Translations under genes and position numbers: made by a program
Notes under the pieces: generated by a model
The model's input: the letters and a program-made list of their open reading frames with translations, nothing else
Databases searched by the model: none
Told to the model about the DNA's origin: nothing
Part shown: one piece after another, positions 14,518-23,960 of the stretch
How the letters are laid out: the number at the start of each line of letters is the position of its first letter
Numbering within the stretch: position 1 is the stretch's first letter
From: a virus
Lineage: Duplodnaviria > Caudoviricetes
Reading direction: 5' to 3' (one strand)
Length of the DNA: 48,319 bases
Virus record (IMG/VR): IMGVR_UViG_3300020044_010170
Location: 1-48,319 of that record

Positions 14518-17500
14518 TCAGCCCTGCATCAAGCTGCCAATACCGAGCAGTTCGCGATCCTCTGGGAACAAAGCTGCAAACCGAGCCCTGTCCACCGGCC
14601 CTGATGATTGAATGGGTGGTCTTTGTGGGACCGCAGAGGACAGTGGTACAGGACTCGGTGCAGCTCCGACACCCGGCGTGGGAGGCGGGGCGGTCGGAAC
14701 GGGAGCCTCTTGTGGAGGCGCATTGTTTAAGTTCTGTTGTTGCAGACGCTCGCGAAGTTGCTGCTCAACGGCAGAACGGTCTTCTGGCAGACCCGGGAAC
14801 CCCATATACGGTGTTTCCGTGCCGCGATCTTCTTCCTCAAAGGTTTCGCGTGTTACTCCGGACTGCGAGCCAGTAGCCATTCTAAACCCTTGCTCACCCA
14901 TCAACCGAAGAATCCGCTGGTATTGACGCGCACGTCCGGCGTCCGTGCCGGGTCGCTGCATCAATGCCGCAGTTAGCTGCGGGTTTGTAAACACCATGTC
15001 GATGGCTTCCAGACGCTTGACTTGGGGCATATCGTTAATCAAGCGCCGCAGTTCCCGCGCACCTACCCCGGCTGCCGAAATGCTACCGGGTCCAGTTCCG
15101 CCAACCGCGCCAAAGGCTCGGGTACCGCCTGCCGAACCCAAAATACCGACATAGAAGTCCATCATTGGGCCCGCCTGAGCCGCAAAGTCTGGATCGTTCA
15201 ATTTTCCAGCAGCGTCGGCGGCTTGCATACGCACCATTTGTTCCGACATAAATTGAATGCGTTTGCCCAAGGACTCGTCAAAGACGTTATATCGCTCTGC
15301 GATGTCCATCAAAGACGTTCGCGGGTCATTGGGCAGCGGTCGGTACAAAGTGCGGTAGAAGACCTGCGGGTTAAACGCGTATTCTCCGCCAGCCTCCATG
15401 TAGGCATATTCAAGAACCGCGGTCCGAAAACCCTGATTGACTTCGTCCTCCGTTAGCTCGCTGTTGCGGATAGCGTCTTTTCGGCTTTCCATGAGGCGAC
15501 GTTTGCGAACGTTATCGACACCCATGCGACGCAAAGCAAACAGGTTGTTGAAAGCCCTAACGGGGTTTTCCGAAGTAAAGGCGTCGCCTACGGCAACTAT
15601 TGGAGAGGTGCCGCCGATAAGCTGCGACAAATATTTCTGGTTGAGAGCAATCTTGTTGGCACGACTTTCCATAACGCGGAACATGTCGAGAGTGCGCTGT
15701 GCGGTAGCGGCATCGGCAAGGTCCACCTTCAACTGCGGAAATACTTCCAACAGGTTTTGGTTTTTAGATTTCCAGTCATCCAAAGCTTGTGCGTTAACAA
15801 CGGTGTTAGTTTTACCTGTCCGCGGATCAAATATTTCCCGAGAGGCTACTTCACGGAGACCCCGTAAATAGCTGTCCACCAAGTTGTTGACCGTCGTAAA
15901 CACCGGTTCGCCGCCCGACGCGGCTTCGTTCATGTAGTTTTTAAGGCCTTGCGAATCTGCCCATTCGGCCATGCCCTGCAACTGGCGCACACGAGATAGC
16001 GTGACGCTTGGATTTGCCCGGATATACGTCTGGAACGTTACTTCGGCAGGAAGACGCGGGGCACCGGTACGGGTGTTTGCCGCAGTTGGTCCAATAATGG
16101 TGCGTGAAAACACGTCGTGACGGGCGCGAGTATACGCGCGGGCCACGTCATAAGCTTCGCCAAACCCGCCTTGATCCAGATCGTCCGCAATAGCTTCTGC
16201 CAATTCGCCTACGCGACGGCCCATGTTTGCTGTTTCGGGCTTCGCGGAGAACCCACGAGCCAAGTCGAGCATACGGCTACGAACCTCTGTCAACCGCAGC
16301 GCATCAATAGGCACGGTTTCGTCTGCGGACTCTCCGGACTCTGCGGCGCGGAGCGTAGCCCGTGTTTCGGCGGTTGCCTGCACACTTGCTAGGTCCGCCA
16401 TTTGGTCCAAGGCTGCCGCCAAGCGTCGATCGCTGTTTGTGACCGTGCGGTTATCACTGGACAGTGCGGCTTCGCGCTGCGCTCGGAAAAAAGCTGCTTG
16501 TTCCGAAAGTGGCAAATTTTGGCCGTCCGCAGCAATGCGTTCTAGTTGTGCCTCGCCGGGATACCCCGACAAGCGCGTAACGGCGGTTTCCACCTTAGTA
16601 CGGTAGCGCGTAATAGTATCCAGTTCAGCGTCCGAATACTGAGGTGCGGGTGTCAGACCCAGATCGCGACGTGCCGTGTTGATGAAATCTGTGATTTGAG
16701 GAATATTGCGTTCAAATTCACGCTGAAGCGCAGGGTCTCGGAAAGAGATTGCTTCCCATGCCTTCAAAAAGTTAGGCAAGTCGTCGGGAGTGGCGTTTGG
16801 GCCAAGCGGCTGGATTACGTCAACATTGCCGACTTGGTTCCAAAGCTCGCGTTCACGGGCACGCGAAGCATCAATGCTGTCTTCAACAATCTTGAAAAGC
16901 TGCTCAGATAGTTCTTGCTCCGTTTTAGCGCCAGTCTGCCCGGGTTGTGCGCGCAAACGCTCGTTTGCTTCCAAAACGTTGTTTATCCGAGACTGCAAGT
17001 TTGTGCGCAGAACGTCGTCAAAAATAGACTGTCGCAAAACAGCGGCTTGGCGTAGCGAATTTTGGTCGCCTTGCGAAATCAGGCCCTTAATAAAACTATT
17101 CATGAACCGATACGACGCGTTTTCAGCCTGTTTACGCGCGGCATCCAAGGGCCGAGAGCCCGGCGCTTTGGTCGCTTCAATCGCCATAATTAGCGGATCG
17201 CCGCCGCGTTGCGCTGCGGTGAAATTAACGCCCGGAAAAGCCTCTTCGAGCTGACGGGTCATCTCCGGACTGGTCAGATTAGAAACAAGCTGATCGTATT
17301 GTTCCGGAGTTCCGTAGTCCGCATAAAGCTGGTTGATGTTCTCGAACAAACGGCGCTGGTTATTGTTTATCACCCCGCCAACAACGTCTGGCCCACCTTC
17401 TGTTCTCAACGAAGTTACAACGCGAGGCACCGCCCGCAGGATTGTTGCGGCCAGCGTATTTGCACCAATAAGTTCGCCTGCCAACCGCGGGGCGGTCTCC

Positions 17501-18366
17501 CCCGGGTACATTTGTTCCGCTTCGTAAGCCCCTATCGCTGCGCCTACCCCCGCCGAAGATTCTCCAACAGCGGTCAAAACAGGTGCTTCGCGGGCCGCGG
17601 TCCCTGTTTTGCCCAGCATGTTCTCCAACCCTGTAACGATGCGGGTCGCAAGAGGTACGGGGGCATCGGCGGCCAAGTTGTTTAGCAGGTTCCGCCCGTA
17701 GAGGTTTACGCTTCTAGGGATCATGTACGGCATGATCCCACCTCCGGCAAAACCTCCGAGGGTCCGATATGCTTCGTACTCAGCGCGCTGGTTTGGCGTC
17801 ACTACAATATCTGGGCCAAGAACCTGTTCTTCGATCTCGTCCCCCGCCAGATAAGTCAGACCTGCGGCACCTAGCCCGGCAAGTGTCGTTGCTACTAGAG
17901 CCCCGCCCACCGCCCACGGATTTCCGGTAGCTCCTGCCGCTGGAATAAGACGGCTTCCCGTCAAACCCGCTGCGCGGACCCCGGCATAGGTCGAAGGTGC
18001 CGACTTGGCTACTTCAGTCAAAAACGGACGGGCAAAAGGTGCCTCTTCCGCATTACTGAACATGATTGCAATCTGATCGTCGGTTCGCGCGCGTTGAACC
18101 GGATTTTTTACATCCCGCGTAGACGGGATAAAATTCAAGATGCCTGCAGTGCCGTTGCGAAGACCCTCGTAAGTCAAAAAGTTGGGGTCTTGCTGTATGC
18201 GATCTTCAAAGTCACCTTGAAACGTAGCGACCAAGTCCCGGGCAAACGCTTCGCCCGGGTTGTCAAAGTTCATCCGAAAATCGTCCACCACTTCCGGGGT
18301 TACGATAACCGGATCAATCGTGATGTCTTCTTCGGGGGCCGGTTGCGGAGTAGGCGTGTCTGCCAT
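14518..18366 (-). CDS. Large internal virion / DNA ejection protein (1282 aa)
   Basis: Last and largest of four helical proteins after the nozzle gene (podovirus ejectosome position); hydrophobic Gly/Ala segments; C-terminus RFAALFPED...GIGSL. Confidence 0.6.
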   Translation of the reverse strand: MADTPTPQPAPEEDITIDPVIVTPEVVDDFRMNFDNPGEAFARDLVATFQGDFEDRIQQDPNFLTYEGLRNGTAGILNFIPSTRDVKNPVQRARTDDQIAIMFSNAEEAPFARPFLTEVAKSAPSTYAGVRAAGLTGSRLIPAAGATGNPWAVGGALVATTLAGLGAAGLTYLAGDEIEEQVLGPDIVVTPNQRAEYEAYRTLGGFAGGGIMPYMIPRSVNLYGRNLLNNLAADAPVPLATRIVTGLENMLGKTGTAAREAPVLTAVGESSAGVGAAIGAYEAEQMYPGETAPRLAGELIGANTLAATILRAVPRVVTSLRTEGGPDVVGGVINNNQRRLFENINQLYADYGTPEQYDQLVSNLTSPEMTRQLEEAFPGVNFTAAQRGGDPLIMAIEATKAPGSRPLDAARKQAENASYRFMNSFIKGLISQGDQNSLRQAAVLRQSIFDDVLRTNLQSRINNVLEANERLRAQPGQTGAKTEQELSEQLFKIVEDSIDASRARERELWNQVGNVDVIQPLGPNATPDDLPNFLKAWEAISFRDPALQREFERNIPQITDFINTARRDLGLTPAPQYSDAELDTITRYRTKVETAVTRLSGYPGEAQLERIAADGQNLPLSEQAAFFRAQREAALSSDNRTVTNSDRRLAAALDQMADLASVQATAETRATLRAAESGESADETVPIDALRLTEVRSRMLDLARGFSAKPETANMGRRVGELAEAIADDLDQGGFGEAYDVARAYTRARHDVFSRTIIGPTAANTRTGAPRLPAEVTFQTYIRANPSVTLSRVRQLQGMAEWADSQGLKNYMNEAASGGEPVFTTVNNLVDSYLRGLREVASREIFDPRTGKTNTVVNAQALDDWKSKNQNLLEVFPQLKVDLADAATAQRTLDMFRVMESRANKIALNQKYLSQLIGGTSPIVAVGDAFTSENPVRAFNNLFALRRMGVDNVRKRRLMESRKDAIRNSELTEDEVNQGFRTAVLEYAYMEAGGEYAFNPQVFYRTLYRPLPNDPRTSLMDIAERYNVFDESLGKRIQFMSEQMVRMQAADAAGKLNDPDFAAQAGPMMDFYVGILGSAGGTRAFGAVGGTGPGSISAAGVGARELRRLINDMPQVKRLEAIDMVFTNPQLTAALMQRPGTDAGRARQYQRILRLMGEQGFRMATGSQSGVTRETFEEEDRGTETPYMGFPGLPEDRSAVEQQLRERLQQQNLNNAPPQEAPVPTAPPPTPGVGAAPSPVPLSSAVPQRPPIQSSGPVDRARFAALFPEDRELLGIGSLMQG

Positions 18367-18375
18367 TTATTCCCC

Positions 18376-21042
18376 CTATCGATAACTGCTGCTGCGCGGC
18401 AGTGTGCTTGTTCTTGGCGCAGTCATAGAACGGTCCGATGCCGCATCGCTGAGCGGTGTACCGCTAATAAACCGGTCGTAAACCGAAACGGCTGCGGTAG
18501 TTTCTGCCAGCAAGCGTTCGACTTGTGATTGCAAAGTACGCGCCCCCGTGATTGTTGCACGGTCGTACAACTCAGGGCTCGTTATGACAAGCTGCGCATC
18601 ATTCCAACTCGAAGCCAAGGCATTACGCGTTGTAACAAGCGCGTCGCGGGCACTGTTGTCGGTTTTGAAAGACCCCGGACGGAATTTGTTAACTTCTTTT
18701 TCAAGAAGGTTTGCATCCAGCGCAAAGATACGGCCATCCGTGCCGCCGCGGATAACTCGCATGACTTGGTTCGCCAAACGATCAAGCTGCGTGTCGGCTT
18801 CCGACGTAATACGTCCGGACTCTCCAGAATAGCCGCTGCCGCCAAAAATCGGCTGGAGTTGACCGGCCATCATGTTGAAGGCGCGTGTAACGCCCGAGGT
18901 CCAGTCTTGCGATTTAGTGAGGTCAACGCCGGTAATGATGAAAGTCGGATCGTTCTCAAAGGACGAAAAATCAATCGTGCCATCTTCATTGAACCGAACG
19001 CGGCCCGGCGTTTGCTCGGTCGGAGAGGATGATGCCGGAGCCCCGATTTGAGGCCCGCCAACATCAGCACCCAGCGTTGGAGTAGGCAATCCGAGTTCGC
19101 GACGCTGACGGATAACGTCCATAACCGGCTCCGAGAGCCGTACTGCGGGCATAAGCACTTCGCGGCCCTCGGTTTGATCCCAAACTGGACGGGATTGAGT
19201 TGCCAACGTGAGCGTGTTGGTAAGCAGCGCCGCTTGGTTTGGATTGGATTGGTCCAACGTGCCGTTTGCGTAGGCTGCCATAGTCTCTTCGTCGGAGACC
19301 AGCTCCAAAAAACGTGCGTTGAAGCTGCTGCCCAGCGGACTTTCAGATCCGCCAGCAAGATCATCCATAGTTGGCGTTGAAACCGGCAGGTAGTTTTGGC
19401 CCAAAGCGTTTGCTTGATCGCGACCTTCTTTGGTTCCAACGTCGATCCGGAGTGTGTCGTTTGGGTTGTTTCGGTTTACAAACACCTTGATGTTTGCTTG
19501 TCCGGACGTTGCGTCGCCACCAAGATCAGTCATAGTTGGCGTTGAAACCGGAAGGTAGTTTGGTCCCAAAGCGTTTGCTTGATCGCGACCTTCTTTGGTT
19601 CCAACGTCGAGCCGGATTATGTCGTTTGGGTCGTTTCGGTTTACAAACACCTTGATGTTTGCTTGTCCGCTATCTTTGTCGCCACGAATGTCCTCTATGG
19701 ATGGAGTTTCGATCTCGACGTATTCAGAACCAAGGCCCTTGAGTTCATTACGCCCCTCCGAGGTCGATACATCAATGCGACGGATGTCGGTCAGGTCGTT
19801 TTGGTTTACAAACGTCAGCAGTTCAACATTCGGCGGGGCTTCGATAGAGACCCTTGGAAAGCCGCTTTCGACATAAAAATTATGTGTTTCCGTTCCCGGA
19901 ATGGCGGAAACTACCCTCCCGCTAACAGTATCCATGAAGTTCTCAGCACTCGGCGCAGACGAATCCCTCGACGCCGCCGCCCTAATTCTAGCCGCCCCCA
20001 GATCCGCCGCCCCTCTAATTCTAGCCGCCTCCAGATCCCCCGCTGCATTGGCTTGCGCCACGGCCAGCCGCGCAGCCTGATCTTTTTCCAGTTGATACAG
20101 CTCAGAAGAAGCTTGTAGCGCAGCAAGGTCCACGGACCGCGCGTCCTTACTCTGGGCGTCTTTGTATTTTTGGAACTCACCGGCCCGCGTACTGATATTG
20201 CCGAGCGGCTCGACAAAGGCTGCGGCAAGCTGCTCTGCGGGCGTCCCACCGGGCTTCCCGGCCCCCGAGGCAAACAACAGACCCCCTTGTGCTATATCAA
20301 ACAGCATCTGGGCCTGCGTCATTTTTTTCTGTTCCGCCAGCGCCGCCGCTTCTTCTTCCGCATTCAGAAGTGAGCGATAGAGGGGTTGCTGCGTAGCGAA
20401 AATTTCTTCAAGCCGATTCGGTTCGGCAGCACCGCCATCAGCCATGTACTGGACTGCGCCGCCTTGGTTAAAATTTACAGGAGCCGGGCCCCCTTGACCC
20501 GGCATCGGCGCTTCTTCCGCCATGTTAACGGTTGACATGATCCCACCCGCCATGTCGCCCGTTACCGGGGTATTCATGGTTTCGGAAGCAAGTGCTCCAA
20601 TCCCTTGATCGACGGCGGTGAGCTGCATGATCGGTTGCAGCAGCGTCAGGACCGAATCGGGCGTTTGTGCCGCATCCGCGTCACCGACAACCCCCGCAAG
20701 CTCTTGTCTGCGCTCTTGAAGCGGCATCTCATCGCCACGGATGGCGTTGATGATCTGCTCGTAATCGCCGGTATCTGCCGCCGCATCTAGGTTAGTAATC
20801 ATCCCAGAGGCTTGTTCCAGCATGGACCCGAGGACCGTGGGATCCACGCCTTGTTGCGCGGCTCCCGCAGCGGCTTGCTCCATGCTTACCGACGCTCCCG
20901 TAGGGAGTGCGGAGGAAACCGGGAGCATCGGCGGGGCTTGTTCGGGCATGGGGGGAGCCATCATCGGATCGCCGCCCTCCTGCATGGCGCGAACGTAGCC
21001 GCCATTGCGGAACATTTGTCTGTCTAGGACGCTTCGATTCAT
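18376..21042 (-). CDS. Internal virion protein (888 aa) with four [MF]xxGG motifs and 55-aa repeats
   Basis: Position; FRNGG, MQEGG, FNQGG, MADGG; internal repeats. Confidence 0.6.
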   Translation of the reverse strand: MNRSVLDRQMFRNGGYVRAMQEGGDPMMAPPMPEQAPPMLPVSSALPTGASVSMEQAAAGAAQQGVDPTVLGSMLEQASGMITNLDAAADTGDYEQIINAIRGDEMPLQERRQELAGVVGDADAAQTPDSVLTLLQPIMQLTAVDQGIGALASETMNTPVTGDMAGGIMSTVNMAEEAPMPGQGGPAPVNFNQGGAVQYMADGGAAEPNRLEEIFATQQPLYRSLLNAEEEAAALAEQKKMTQAQMLFDIAQGGLLFASGAGKPGGTPAEQLAAAFVEPLGNISTRAGEFQKYKDAQSKDARSVDLAALQASSELYQLEKDQAARLAVAQANAAGDLEAARIRGAADLGAARIRAAASRDSSAPSAENFMDTVSGRVVSAIPGTETHNFYVESGFPRVSIEAPPNVELLTFVNQNDLTDIRRIDVSTSEGRNELKGLGSEYVEIETPSIEDIRGDKDSGQANIKVFVNRNDPNDIIRLDVGTKEGRDQANALGPNYLPVSTPTMTDLGGDATSGQANIKVFVNRNNPNDTLRIDVGTKEGRDQANALGQNYLPVSTPTMDDLAGGSESPLGSSFNARFLELVSDEETMAAYANGTLDQSNPNQAALLTNTLTLATQSRPVWDQTEGREVLMPAVRLSEPVMDVIRQRRELGLPTPTLGADVGGPQIGAPASSSPTEQTPGRVRFNEDGTIDFSSFENDPTFIITGVDLTKSQDWTSGVTRAFNMMAGQLQPIFGGSGYSGESGRITSEADTQLDRLANQVMRVIRGGTDGRIFALDANLLEKEVNKFRPGSFKTDNSARDALVTTRNALASSWNDAQLVITSPELYDRATITGARTLQSQVERLLAETTAAVSVYDRFISGTPLSDAASDRSMTAPRTSTLPRSSSYR
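19350..19830 (-). repeat. Three 165-bp (55-aa) coding tandem repeats, two near-identical
   Basis: catagttggcgttgaaaccgg at 19366 and 19531; ggtttacaaac at 19473, 19638 and 19803. Confidence 0.85.
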
Positions 21043-23960
21043 GACCCGGCTCCGAATAGACCCGCGTTTTGTGCCCCTGACGCGGCTGCCAGTCCGGCAA
21101 TGCCAAGTCCGAGGATGGATTGTGCGGGCGATGCAGAAGGTGCCGTGCTGCCCGTAAGAGTTTGTTGCGACGAAGGTGCGCCCTTGTAGATGTCGGACAA
21201 GAACGCGACACGTTGATACGGTTCGTACGCCTGCTGCAGTTGCGTCTGACGTTGCGCTTCGAGCGTCGCCTGCTGTTGAGCTTGCTGCTGCTTACCCATA
21301 TCAAACAAGAATCCAGCTTCCTTCTGACCCAGATCCTGTGAAAGCTCGCCGAGCGAAGCCTGACGAAGACCAAGGGTACCCAATGCTTCGCCTTGTGCAA
21401 GTCCCAACTGACCGTACTGGGCCCCGAGGGCTCCGATCCCTTCGCCGACACGGCCCATCAATTCTTGACCCTGCAGGCCAAGCTGTCCACCTTGCGTCGC
21501 GCCCTGTAATCCCAGTCCGGCTTGGCCTTGGCTCAGCTGTCCCGTTTGCAGCGCCGTCTGTGCGGCAAGCTCTTCTCCGGACAAGGCCATTTGTCCCGCC
21601 TGTGCCGCGATTCCAGCACGGGTTTGTGCGCCCTGCAGCCCAAGCTGGCCCGATTGCCCCGCCAGTTCGCCTGCCAACTGCGCGGCAGACAAGCCGGTGC
21701 TAGACATAAGCTGTTGGAAGCTCATGCCTGTCTGTGCAAGGGCCTGCGCGTTGGCGGACGAAAGCTGCGCGCCCGACAAACCAAGTTGACCCGCCGTCTG
21801 TGCTGCCGAAATGCCGAGCTGGCCAAACTGGCCCGCCCCTTGCTGTGCCATTTCTTCCGCAGACATACCAAGCTGTGAGCCTTGGAGCGCGGTCTGTGCC
21901 AAAAGCTGCTGAGCAGACATGCCCGTTTGAGCCTGTTGCTGCAACAACTGTCCGGCGTACTGTTCGGCGGTCAAGCCAAACTGTGCGGCTTGCCCCGCCA
22001 ACTGGCCCTGAAGCTCTGCGGCAGAAAGACCAAGCTGGCCTGCAAGCTGCTGCGCGCTTTGTCCAAGCTGTCCCGCTTGAGACAGGTTTTGCGCGGCAAG
22101 CTGCTCTGCAGCCAAGCGCTGTTGTCCCGCCGCCGTTTGCGCAGACAGTCCCAATTGACCCATTTGGTTGGCTTGTGCGGCTCCTAACTGTTCGGCAGAA
22201 AGACCGTATTGGGAGGCCAGTTCTTGCGCAGACAACCCCGTTTGAGCCGCCAACTGTTCGGCGGACAACCCGAGCTGACCAAGCTGTCCCGCTTGTCCCG
22301 CCGCCAACTCTTCCGCGGAAAGACCCAGTTGTCCGGCAGCTTGTGCCGCTTGAACACCCGCTTGCGAACCTTGCGCGCCCAGCGCACCTGTAAGCTGTGC
22401 TGCTTGCTGCGCTCTACCCTGCTGAGATTCAAACGCTTGGAGCGCCCGCTGCTGCGCGCTTTCATAGCCCGCTTGACGCATTTGCGCCGCGGTTCGTCCC
22501 TGCTGCTCCAGCACGTTCCGAGTCAGTTCCGCTTCGGCAATCGCTTGTCTGGATCCACCAAAAGCCCCTTGCCCAACGGCCTGCGCGGCAAGCTGCTGCT
22601 GTTGCAACTGGCCCGCACGGGCGAGATCCGCGAGCGCTTGCTGGACCGCCGCGCCCTCGTATTGGTTCATGTATGAACCGGTGGACGCCGGATTGAACGC
22701 ACCCGTTGTGCCCGCCAGACCCGCAATACCTTGCTGGGCCGTCGCGGTGCCCATTGCACCCGCCTGCTGAAGCGCCCGAGCCGCTTCGGCGGTGATGTTT
22801 CGAGCGCCGCTAATCGCAGACTGGCTACCCTGCAGCGCTTGCTGGTACGCAGACGTTCCGCCCGTTCGAGCTAGATCCGCCACCCCTTGCGCGCCCATTC
22901 CGGTTTGCGCGGCAATGTCACGCGCGCCCTGAACGCTTTGCCCAGATTGAGCCAACGCCTGTTGGTAGGCCCCGATCCCACCGCTAGCCGCCTGTTGAGC
23001 CGCGAGCCGTGCTGCGTCCGACGAGGCATCCAAGCCCATTGCCGTGCCCGCCGCACCCAAACGCGCTTCCAGCGCAGCTTGGTTTGCTGCTTGTGCTCCA
23101 CTCAGACCGGCTGCGCCGAGGGCCGGAGCGGCTCCGGCAGCAATGTTTCGAGCCCCGCCAATAGACGCCGCTGTGCCGAGCCCCGCTTGTTGCGCAACCT
23201 GTTGCGCGCCAAGTCCGGCTCCTGCCAAGCCCTGCTGTCCCGCAAACGCTTGAGCACGCGCCGCGTCGCTTGCTTGCAGAATATTTTGTTGGGCCAGATC
23301 CGCCGCTTGGGTAGCCCCCGCGCCCATGTTTGCAGCACCTTGCCCGGCTGCATTCGCGGCGGCGAGCTGCTCTCCAAGGGTTTGAAGCTGCGCCTGTCCG
23401 CCCGTTTGTACTCCTTGCGCAACGTTAGCTGCGGAAGTGGCCGCACCGGCCATGCCTTGCTGGGCGGAACTGATGGTGCCGGGGATCGTACCGGCAGCGG
23501 CGCGTTGATCGGCAGCCGATTGCGCAGCAGCGGCGCGGGCATTGTCTGCCGCGGTTCCAAGCCCAGTAGCGGCAGTTTGGACGCCTTGCGCCCCGTAATT
23601 GATGGCGTTGGTGATGCCTTGTTGCGCAGTCTGAAGCTGGCCGGGAACACCTGCCGCTCCAGCCCGCATCAAATTTGCCGCTTCCGTTCTGAACGGAGTG
23701 GCTCCGGCCATGACGCTGCCAATGGCGGTTTGTGCGTCGCCTAGCGTATAGCCTGCTTCTTGCAAATAGGGCTGATAGCCCCCGATCCCAGCTTCCGCCA
23801 GTTCGGTGGCCTTGATTTGAAGCCCAGACATCGCCGCCACCATCTGCGGCGGGATGGTGATGCCTTGATCTGCGAGTTGTTTGGCGGAAGCAAGGAGGCC
23901 TAGCTTGTAGGCCTCAATTTGTGGGGCTTCGCGAACTATCTGTTCTTGTACTTCAGCCAT
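21039..23960 (-). CDS. Gln/Gly/Ala-rich internal virion (pilot/ejection-like) protein, 973 aa
   Basis: Approximately 11-residue repeats (GLSAEQLAAQT), GAFGGSR motif, hydrophobic C-terminus. Confidence 0.6.
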   Translation of the reverse strand: MAEVQEQIVREAPQIEAYKLGLLASAKQLADQGITIPPQMVAAMSGLQIKATELAEAGIGGYQPYLQEAGYTLGDAQTAIGSVMAGATPFRTEAANLMRAGAAGVPGQLQTAQQGITNAINYGAQGVQTAATGLGTAADNARAAAAQSAADQRAAAGTIPGTISSAQQGMAGAATSAANVAQGVQTGGQAQLQTLGEQLAAANAAGQGAANMGAGATQAADLAQQNILQASDAARAQAFAGQQGLAGAGLGAQQVAQQAGLGTAASIGGARNIAAGAAPALGAAGLSGAQAANQAALEARLGAAGTAMGLDASSDAARLAAQQAASGGIGAYQQALAQSGQSVQGARDIAAQTGMGAQGVADLARTGGTSAYQQALQGSQSAISGARNITAEAARALQQAGAMGTATAQQGIAGLAGTTGAFNPASTGSYMNQYEGAAVQQALADLARAGQLQQQQLAAQAVGQGAFGGSRQAIAEAELTRNVLEQQGRTAAQMRQAGYESAQQRALQAFESQQGRAQQAAQLTGALGAQGSQAGVQAAQAAGQLGLSAEELAAGQAGQLGQLGLSAEQLAAQTGLSAQELASQYGLSAEQLGAAQANQMGQLGLSAQTAAGQQRLAAEQLAAQNLSQAGQLGQSAQQLAGQLGLSAAELQGQLAGQAAQFGLTAEQYAGQLLQQQAQTGMSAQQLLAQTALQGSQLGMSAEEMAQQGAGQFGQLGISAAQTAGQLGLSGAQLSSANAQALAQTGMSFQQLMSSTGLSAAQLAGELAGQSGQLGLQGAQTRAGIAAQAGQMALSGEELAAQTALQTGQLSQGQAGLGLQGATQGGQLGLQGQELMGRVGEGIGALGAQYGQLGLAQGEALGTLGLRQASLGELSQDLGQKEAGFLFDMGKQQQAQQQATLEAQRQTQLQQAYEPYQRVAFLSDIYKGAPSSQQTLTGSTAPSASPAQSILGLGIAGLAAASGAQNAGLFGAGS

